Origin: Trichoplax adhaerens
Taxonomy: Eukaryota > Animalia > Placozoa
NCBI RefSeq assembly: GCF_000150275.1
Contig: NW_002060962.1
Span: 1,197,166-1,206,161, forward strand
Direction: 5' to 3'
Length of the DNA stretch: 8,996 bases
Shown in pieces: positions 1 through 8,996 of the stretch. Each line of letters opens with the position of its first letter. Position 1 is the stretch's first letter. Under the pieces are notes generated by a model. That model saw only the letters and a program-made list of their open reading frames with translations. It was not told where the DNA came from and made no database searches. The position numbers and the translations under genes are program-made.

Positions 1-361
1 TTCGTACACCTACTTCAAATGTCTTAATTTGTAGTGGTCCATACTAAAAATTTTAAGTTATCAGCAATCATAAGTAATTATAATTGCTTGAGAAGTCTAA
101 GCACCATCGTGTACGCTGTTTGATTTAGCTACGTTCAGCAGTGAGATCCATCGTGATCTATATTGTCTCAGTTAGACCATAAGGTCAAATAATATTCAAC
201 GTCGTTTTGGATCATTAATTGGTCTCAAATAGAGAGTAGCCTAGGACTTACAGATATCGGTCAGGTATTGATTATTTGCGTAGAAGTAGTACAATTAGGA
301 CATTAGTCGGAGAACCCCGAGAATTTCCCGCATTGGCAGATGAATTAGTTCTCATGCAAGA

Positions 362-379
362 CGTTAAATATATTTAACG
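362..379. repeat. Perfect 18-bp palindrome CGTTAAATATATTTAACG
   Basis: The sequence equals its own reverse complement. Function unknown. Confidence 0.85.
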
Positions 380-1060
380 ATAACACGTATATGTACAGTA
401 GACGTAAATCTCCGAGTATATGCCTTACGTGGATTAAATAGCATGTGTTTGATGGAAAGAAACAGTTGTCATTATAATATAATTTTGATGCAATTTGTAA
501 TCGTTATAGTATAATTCGACTATCATGCATCAGTCATTAGATAACTATATTCGTAAATATCTTTGTCTTCATTAAGTGGTGATCCGTACCTTAGATCACC
601 ATCTAATTTATAGGAAGGTTTCAGCGCTAACTGTTCTAAGACTCTTTAACTACGATAGAAGAAATGTAAATTGTGGTATATAGTTCAATAAAGAGAATTT
701 TTAAGAGTTCTTGAAAATTTACGTTAACCACGTGGAACACGATGTGTTTAAGCTCTGTCTGTTGGAGTAGTAATATCCCTAATAAAGCATACGTATTTTT
801 TCCCCTGAAATACAATTCAGGAAGCATAATATCATATAGATCGTAAATTATATTACTTTGTAGCTAATCAGTTTTGTGATAGATCTTGAAAATATAATCC
901 GGAATTTTAATAATACGAACTTAACTAATATTTCAGACTTATTTAGATCCTTTCATCATTCCTGTTATAAGTATTTAAAATCGTGATATTTGGAGCAGTT
1001 TTTAAATGGAAATTAAGCCATACCATGGATTAAATGATGCATATGAGTTCGAACTTGCGA

Positions 1061-1087
1061 AGGTAACCATATGACATATGGTAACTT
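1061..1087. repeat. Quasi-palindrome with core ACCATATG-A-CATATGGT
   Basis: Perfect 8-bp arms at 1066-1073 and 1075-1082, extendable to 1061-1087 with one mismatch and one G-T pair. Function unknown. Confidence 0.8.
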
Positions 1088-4000
1088 AACGGCGGCTATG
1101 ACATTTTAAACGACAAATGGTAATACTATCTGTTAAATGAGCACATTATCGTAAACCGTCAGCAAAGCGACGGGAGTTTGCACTAGTATAGATTAAAAAG
1201 AGTTTAATGTTGTAGTGCAGCCCAAATATAGCTTAAGATTATATACAGTATGTGTGAGTATCGTGCATGACGTAATTACTAGGCTAATTAAGATAGATAC
1301 CCTTGTATAGGTGCTAGATCGTAGAGTGAGATTAAATATGTGAGGATTTGTATTAGTAATTGCAATACGGATTGTAAAAGTTATTAGTCATACTGCTTGG
1401 CACCTCCAGGTACGCTAGAGGTGTGATGTTAGCCTTATTAAGGTAGATAATGATTTATGTGCCACGTAGATACTCTGTACACAATTGTATATAAGCAGGA
1501 GATTTTATCGCCGAAGACAGAGTAGCCATAGATAATCTAGTCCTTGGTAGAAGACGTAATTATTGTAATAAAGTGATTTTTTTTCAAGTTGTGGAAGTCG
1601 TTGCGTTTCGATAGACACTTTATTACAAATGTGTTTATATATCCTGGTTTCAGTAGATGCTTCGAAAATCAAGAAGTTAATGGTTCAAATCTGTTGCTTT
1701 AATCGTTGTTACTACCTTCAATACAAACTTAAGATAGTAGGTTCAGCAAAATATTGATTTTAACTGACGTGATATTATTTAGGTAATAGAACAAAAAGTA
1801 GTTTTTGCGTAATAAACTGATGAGAAAGTTATTAAACATGTTTATAGTCTAGGTTAAATTATTTCAATAATATTAATTTGCGATGCAACGTTTGTAGATT
1901 TTCCTATACGGAATTTACGGGAAAGTTTTATTTTAGTATGTTAGTCTTTTTAATAAATTTTAAGCTATTAATCACCTTCTCTAATTAACTTGTTCCTATA
2001 TACTACTTGATAATCTTTTAGCAATACCTCAAGCTAAGATGTAATGACATACAAAAAATCAAAATCATTTAGCTATAACAAATAAAGTTTCCTCGTTAAT
2101 TATATTAATTGCTCAAGACACCTGCTAAAGAAATATCTTCGTTAAAATAGTACCTTGTATCGCTATTAGAAATATTTTAGGTCTTGTGCGATCCTACTTA
2201 GTAAGCCGCTTCGGTCTAGTAGAATTGAATATGAAATCATGCAGTATTTATTTTGAAATCAATGACAATATCAGTAACATTTTACTGTAGCCCAATCAGG
2301 TTGTCCTCCTCGATGATATCTCGAAGTTAGGTTATATGTTTGAAATGAGCCTAATAACAAGTGCTTGAAAATGGATTATGTATTGCTTTCAATATTGCGC
2401 TCCGCCTGTAATGATAATTATGAAGCTATATTAATTTGCCGAATAATTGAAGTTGATATTAGGCCTCAGATAAAAAAATAATACTGGATCTGTTATTTCA
2501 TTTTAATTGAATTTAATAATATATCTTGAATTCTTTTAAATGTAATATTACAACCGGCAAAGGGTAAGTCTTTGATATTTTATTCAATTTCTATACAACC
2601 ACATGGTTATCCTTTAAATTTGCTCTTTTATTGCCTAAACGAAAAATGTCTCTAAAATAACTACACTAAGTAAGGTTCAATCTTTGACCAGATTATTGAT
2701 AGATATTGGCAAAATGTTTGGATGCCTTACGAACATCTCCTTCCTATTTAGAATAATGTGCATTATGATGGTTAAATCATATTTATAGAACATCCTTTCT
2801 GAATCTAATGAGATCTTTTACTTCTACGGTTGATAGCAATCGAACAACTGGCACATTTTGGCGTAAATTATAACGAAACTATTCTACATCATTTCTTCCC
2901 CTATCTTTTTTAGGGAAAGGAAATTTGAGAGTATTCCTTGATCAAGCCATGTTGAAATCATAGAGCATTTTCTGGAGTTAGTATTTTATTTAATTATATA
3001 CCAATCACAATATTTGAACCATCATAAACATGCGTAATTCCATTACTAGATAAAAGATGATTACCTTCTCTAAGAAAGAGAGTCTAAGTACAATTGTATT
3101 AGTCATAGAGTAAAGTAGTTGGTGAGATGGTCAAATTGACGGAAAGTCCTACTCTTGAACATAACTAACTTTTTAGATGTAATTTTTGATTCTGATACAA
3201 TTCTGATTGATTACCTTGACTGAAACATTTGCGATCACATATTACCTTATTTTAAGCCTGCCAAATTACAATTACTGATACATCTCAATGTTTAGTACAA
3301 CAACATAAATTTGAATGTATCAGGGCTTAATGCAATAATAATGATATCAGCAATTTTTTTAAACAAATAAACAATTTGTTCCTAAATAATTAACACCGCC
3401 AATACAGATGTTTTTAAAATATCTCACTAGTTATTGACTTTTGATGATTATCTGCTATTCGATATAACAAAAAATATTATTATATTAGCCCAGTAGATGG
3501 GTAGCACATAGATAAAAATCATATACGCACCCATATGATGTGTATACTCGTATATCTCATCTTTGGATCACAATTCGTCCTTTCCACTTAGCACTCGAAC
3601 ACCTAATAAAAGTATCTATTAAAATAATGATTACGGAATAAGGTACGATACATAGGTACGAAAATTTATTCAATTTTCTTATTATTTTTACGGTAAATGA
3701 CAATATCAACTTAAATACTTGTAATTGATTCATTGTGATGTTAAAATGAAGGATTACCGGTGCATCATTTTATTCTTTCATTCAATAACTTAGATTAAAT
3801 TATTCTAGCTTTTGTAGCATAATATCAATAGGTTTTCTAATACAGCTTATTAATCATGCACTTTCAATGTGTGCTGTAATAATAATAAAGTCGAATAATA
3901 TCCGGTACTAGACTAGATCCATTTTCCGAAATCTGATGTCACAGTGATAGCTCATATCTTAACTCTCGTAAAACTAAGGCAGCGCCAAAATAGGAATTTC

Positions 4001-4142
4001 CATTCAGTATTGGATTTGTCCTAAAATAAGTCTACAGTACCTAAATGAAGTCTATAAAATAAATTATTAGCAACGTTATTATAAATTTTTTAGCTTGTTA
4101 GATTAGAACACTATATGTAGAATTTTATAATATTATCATTGT

Positions 4143-4630
4143 AGCTTTGCAACAAGATAACTTAATATACGATCAATAAGTCAATTCCTTGAACTACGTA
4201 TCAAGGAACGATATCTGCACTATCAATAACACTTTTGCTCTACTAGCAGACTACACAAAGACTTAGACGCATCGTATTTTGCGTTAAATACTAAGTTTGA
4301 GAATTCACTTTATTTCACGATATACTGCATTTATATACTATTCCTCAATAGTTCATGAGTCATAGTTAATACAATTAACATTGGAATCATTTACTGAATT
4401 AGATATTAATTATAGCTACTGCTCCCTTAATGCAGACAACTGTATTAACGAACATAGACATGTAATGACTAATACAGAATAGTCAGATTACGATATGTCC
4501 TATCACGGAACATATTTATGATAATTTACAGTCTACCATAAGTAAATTACAATCACAATGATTCAAACTGTAAGTAGATGATTTGCATTCCCAATTATAA
4601 CTATTAATTTCAGCATGTGTATGTCACAAA
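4143..4630. repeat. Tandem duplication A, copy 1 (about 490-nt unit)
   Basis: Starts AGCTTTGCAACAAGATAAC at 4143, and the same string recurs at 4633. Manual alignment to copy 2 is colinear over about 475 nt with about 27 differences (about 94-95% identity). Confidence 0.97.
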
Positions 4631-4632
4631 AC

Positions 4633-5134
4633 AGCTTTGCAACAAGATAACGCAATATACGATCAATAAGTCAATTCCTTGAACCACGTATCAAGGAACG
4701 ATATCTGCACTATCACAAACACTTTTGCTTTACTAGCAGACTACACAAAGACTTAAACGCCTCGTATTTTACGTTAAACACTAAGTTGGACAATTCTTCT
4801 TTATTTCACGATATACTGCATTTATATACTATTCCTCAATAGTTCATGAGTCATAGTTAATACAATTAACATTAGAATCATTTACTGAATTAGATATTAA
4901 TTTTAGCTACTGCTCCCTTAATGCAGACAACAGTATTTACGAACATAGACATGTAATGACTAATACAGAATAGTCAGATTACGATATGTCCTATCACGGA
5001 ACATTTCCATGATAATTTACAGTCTACCATAAGTAAATTACAATCACAATGATTCGAACTGTAAGCAGATGATTTGCATTCCCTATTATAACTATTATAA
5101 TTTCAGTATGTATATAAGTGTCACTGTCATAAAA
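4633..5134. repeat. Tandem duplication A, copy 2
   Basis: Direct repeat of 4143-4630 at offset 490-491. The alignment is clean to about 5110. Homology continues, with an indel of about 10 nt, to TGTCATAAAA (5125-5134), which matches TGTCACAAAA at the end of copy 1. The right boundary is approximate. Confidence 0.95.
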
Positions 5135-5254
5135 AGTCAGTGCTATATTAAAATACAGTATATCCAAATTAGAAGTTAACTAAATAAGGATAGTCTAACA
5201 GAATTATCCTAACATAGTTATTTCTACTGTAATACAGTATTTAACACTGTAACA
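5113..5254. repeat. Tandem duplication B, copy 1 (about 145-nt unit)
   Basis: TATAAGTGTCACTGTCATAAAAAGTCA...CTGTAACA recurs at 5258-5400, with 5 substitutions and one 1-nt indel (about 96% identity). Confidence 0.97.
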
Positions 5255-5257
5255 GTG

Positions 5258-5400
5258 TATAAGTGTCACTGTCATAAAAAGTCAATGCTATATTAAAACA
5301 CAGTATATCCAAATTAGAAGTTAACTAAATAAGGATAGTCTAACATGAATTATCCTAACATAGTTATTTCTACTCTAATACAGTATATAATACTGTAACA
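5258..5400. repeat. Tandem duplication B, copy 2
   Basis: Direct repeat of 5113-5254 at offset 145-146. Confidence 0.97.
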
Positions 5401-5764
5401 ATCCTTTACAGGATTATAGCGCTTTTTCTTACTGTCAAATATGGGATTTACAAATAGTACATAACTAATCGCTTTAATGTTATAATGAATTCGCTTTTCA
5501 AAAGTGAAAATAACCAAAATAGAGCCCATAAATGATGTACCCCGTTAAATATTAGAAATGCTTATAGCTGTACGTGAAGAATCATCTTTGTCCGAAAACA
5601 GCTTTTACATTTTAGAAGTGTGACAGCTGATTACTGGTCATATGATAAGAATAATTCAAAATTTTCGCTAAAATTTTGATGATATAAGTGTACTTACCAT
5701 CACTAAATAGAATTTAGTCAATTGCTGCTGGATTTTAATTAATAGTAATTAGTGTGTATTACTA

Positions 5765-6036
5765 TTAACATGCTAATCTTGCAATCTTGTGCTTTATAGT
5801 ACCATCGGTATTGACGGAAGTTGTAAGTCGAATTACCGTATTTTTTATTGGTAGTAGCTCACTGGTGCATGTCAAGTAGCTATGTGTAGCCGAAAGTAAC
5901 AAAATATCGTTTATCCTGAAGCTTTTCTTCCGATCAAACCGTAATAATTGAAGTAAGTACGCGTACTTTACGGTTGTATTATCATTGCAGTGCAAAATAT
6001 CAGAAGATTCAGAGGCATATTTATGTGAGCCCGGGA
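5765..6036 (-). CDS. Possible 3' fragment or terminal exon of an unidentified protein, truncated by the gap
   Basis: About 89 stop-free codons (PGSHKYASE...KHKIARLAC*), the longest N-free frame in the ORF track. Local GC is about 37% (103/276 counted over 5761-6036), above background. There is no recognisable motif, and about one frame of this length is expected by chance at this base composition. Confidence 0.25.
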
Positions 6037-6845
6037 NNNNNNNNNNNNNNNNNNNNNNNNNNNNNNNNNNNNNNNNNNNNNNNNNNNNNNNNNNNNNNNN
6101 NNNNNNNNNNNNNNNNNNNNNNNNNNNNNNNNNNNNNNNNNNNNNNNNNNNNNNNNNNNNNNNNNNNNNNNNNNNNNNNNNNNNNNNNNNNNNNNNNNNN
6201 NNNNNNNNNNNNNNNNNNNNNNNNNNNNNNNNNNNNNNNNNNNNNNNNNNNNNNNNNNNNNNNNNNNNNNNNNNNNNNNNNNNNNNNNNNNNNNNNNNNN
6301 NNNNNNNNNNNNNNNNNNNNNNNNNNNNNNNNNNNNNNNNNNNNNNNNNNNNNNNNNNNNNNNNNNNNNNNNNNNNNNNNNNNNNNNNNNNNNNNNNNNN
6401 NNNNNNNNNNNNNNNNNNNNNNNNNNNNNNNNNNNNNNNNNNNNNNNNNNNNNNNNNNNNNNNNNNNNNNNNNNNNNNNNNNNNNNNNNNNNNNNNNNNN
6501 NNNNNNNNNNNNNNNNNNNNNNNNNNNNNNNNNNNNNNNNNNNNNNNNNNNNNNNNNNNNNNNNNNNNNNNNNNNNNNNNNNNNNNNNNNNNNNNNNNNN
6601 NNNNNNNNNNNNNNNNNNNNNNNNNNNNNNNNNNNNNNNNNNNNNNNNNNNNNNNNNNNNNNNNNNNNNNNNNNNNNNNNNNNNNNNNNNNNNNNNNNNN
6701 NNNNNNNNNNNNNNNNNNNNNNNNNNNNNNNNNNNNNNNNNNNNNNNNNNNNNNNNNNNNNNNNNNNNNNNNNNNNNNNNNNNNNNNNNNNNNNNNNNNN
6801 NNNNNNNNNNNNNNNNNNNNNNNNNNNNNNNNNNNNNNNNNNNNN
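6037..6845. other. Assembly gap / undetermined sequence (809 N)
   Basis: Continuous run of N from 6037 to 6845. Confidence 0.99.
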
Positions 6846-8996
6846 ATTAAACTTGCCAAATCAACGATAATCAGTAACATCTGTCGCAACAATTTTACAG
6901 AAACAAAGTTTAGTCACGTAAATTACATTCTTTAAATGAATTTTATACACCTTATGTATCAGCATGGTATGTATAAATACTATGCTAATCTCTTTAAATA
7001 GCGTAAATTGTCAGTTATTAACGATAGAATTTAGCAGCTTTTATTTGAATAAATTTTACAACTCAAATTTTATAAAATTCGTAAGCAAAAGCTAATTGCC
7101 CTTTCGCTTGAGGTTATACCGTTATAGCTACTGCATGCAGATAAGCAATGAAGGCCTCATATCACAGTAAAAATCAAAATCAAAATTGATCTTCACAAAT
7201 TGTTCTCTCTTCTTAACTCTGATTATGAGAATTACTGATGTACGAAATGTAGCAAAATAAAGAATGATTGCGATTGCAATAAAATAGTATTTGATACGTA
7301 TTATAGTCATACAGTGTTGATATTTGTGCAGGCATGAGGCAAAAATTACTCAGTCTAGCTTTTAGCAAAAATTTAAAGGTTTCAGTATCAAGCAGATTGT
7401 TTTACCATATGTAATCAAATTTTTGATCTCTACATCGACCAAATTCCGGCCGTAAATCTAAGTGAATGACAAATAGCTATAAAAACGAGGATTACAGTTG
7501 AAGTCAGATAGATAATCACAATGGCTACAACAATTATATTGGTAATTTAAATAAGGAAGCTTAAAATAGAGAAAAGCTATTTATAGCTCACATTTTACTC
7601 CAGTGAAATTTACGCAATTGAACTAATACATTAATTATTTCTCCTATTGGAATAAATACTGCCATCAATGTACTCCATCGGTGATCATGGCTGTGTAAAG
7701 CGTTATTGTGCTGTACGTTAATTTCCACGTCGGTCTTTATGTTTTATACATGATAACGATTTTATTAAGCGCAATCAATAATTTATGACTTTGTTTTCTT
7801 TTTATTCTACCAATGAAATAAACTACAGTAGCCTTTAATAACTAATTATGGAGCGATTGCAATTATTCAGAATTTAATCTAATTCATTCTTATCTTTAAG
7901 ACTTATAATCCTAAAAGAGCCGATGTTCTCCTCTATATAAGTTTAGATTTGGATATTTCTTCGTTAATGTAACAGTATTAAAATGCTATCATGGTTTGTA
8001 TTCGTAAGCTGATGAAAAATTGCTATTAATAGATTGTTATACAGACTCAAACAATAGCTGAAATTCATGTCTTGATTAAAACTGGTGTGCCACAATTAAT
8101 TTACATTTTACTCGTATGTTACTTCTACTAGAATACATCTCAAAAATATTAGACGATAGAATTTAAGGCTTGCGTATTGAAGCTAGTTAATACATAAAAT
8201 TTTAACAAAAGTAATACTCTTTATAACATCGATTCCGTTAGCGACATTGTCGACACTTATAATTTTAGGTTGGGAAAGTTATAAATTTACTGTTATGACT
8301 GCAACTTTACTTTATTAAATGTCAGCGGGAAATAGAGTAACTCGATAATAATGATATGATATCATGTTTAGTAAGCTTATTTTAGTTCCGTAACTGCTCT
8401 AGACACAAGCTATTAATCGATTTTTTGGTATCTTGCCATAGAAATTAAGTGATTTGAAAAATCTACATACCTAATTACGTACAATATCAATCAGCTAATT
8501 GTCGGCATACTTTTGTACATATTTCAAGCTCTGATGATAACGGAGCGAAAACCATTTAACAGTCATGTTCTGGTAGCTACCGCAAACATTAGTTACATAC
8601 CATAGCTACGGGCTCTTGTGATGAACAGAGCACGCAATAGCTATAATTTATATGATCAATATAACCGTAATCGATAACGCTAAATATTGCTATACTATTT
8701 TCTTGAATACTAAAAGTAAAGGAATAATACCATAGTAGTAAATGCCTATAATTACATTCTTCTTATTTTGTAACTACAAGTACTATGAAGCAATATTCGT
8801 AAATTATAGATCTATTATATCTTTTATTTGCAAGCAAATTTCTTTCCTGAGAAAGGAATGACGTGGTCTGTAATTAATTTAAGAGTAATACACGGAAAAT
8901 TTTAGTAAACAAAATGCATAATTTATGTCAGTACTACAGATCACTTCGTTTGTATACTCGTATTTAAGATGCAAAATATATAAACAATACCCGATA

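Noticed and set aside
636-827. 63-aa minus-strand ORF
   Set aside because: Length is within chance expectation, with no recognisable motif.
1654-1702. SAM-domain-like peptide RCFENQEVNGSNLLL
   Set aside because: It is followed immediately by TAA, and the rest of the SAM pattern is not convincingly present.
2126-2368. Stop-codon reassignment as the explanation for the missing ORFs
   Set aside because: In the frames I read by hand, TAA, TAG and TGA all interrupt (for example 2126, 2288 and 2366 in one frame). No single reassignment gave a convincing protein. This was not tested exhaustively.
3935-4020. FG-GAP-like NSYFGAAL on the minus strand
   Set aside because: A short isolated match in a frame closed by TGA, with no downstream DxxxDG or GAP motif.
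4143-5400. CRISPR array or LTR pair
   Set aside because: The units are 145-490 nt, abut each other without unique spacers or an internal coding region, and have no cas, RT or integrase genes nearby.
5955-5968. 14-bp perfect palindrome AAGTACGCGTACTT
   Set aside because: About one is expected per window of this size and composition.
5974-6935. Plus-strand ORFs of 298 aa and 316 aa in the track
   Set aside because: They are almost entirely N and open only because the gap has no stop codons.
7128-7310. 60-aa hydrophobic minus-strand ORF
   Set aside because: An I/F/Y/K-rich composition is what AT-rich non-coding DNA translates to, and there is no other support.
8531-8640. Box C/D snoRNA (TGATGA motifs)
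   Set aside because: No downstream CTGA box D with a terminal stem at a suitable distance.
8824-8868. HNH-like DHVIPFS on the minus strand
   Set aside because: It lacks the following GG, N and H residues, and a stop follows within a few codons.
3541-8963. Dispersed 13-mer repeats (TGTATACTCGTAT at 3541 and 8951; ACGATAGAATTTA at 7021 and 8153)
   Set aside because: A couple of 13-mer matches are expected by chance in 8 kb of AT-rich DNA, and the flanks do not align.

Overview
An AT-rich window (roughly 30% GC from spot counts) with essentially no ORFs, taken from a scaffolded assembly. I recognise no gene, RNA gene, mobile element or CRISPR array. The three long ORFs in the supplied track are artefacts of an 809-nt N gap (6037-6845). 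The longest gap-free reading frame in the track is about 90 codons on the minus strand (5765-6036) and runs into that gap. About 8 kb without ORFs does not look like normal prokaryotic or phage DNA. It fits eukaryotic intergenic/intronic DNA, possibly with short exons, or heavily decayed DNA. The only firm structure is a compound tandem duplication A-A'-B-B' at about 4143-5400 (period about 490 nt, then about 145 nt; about 94-96% identity by manual alignment). Its units are rich in inverted repeats. I cannot support a claim of a new biological system from this sequence alone.
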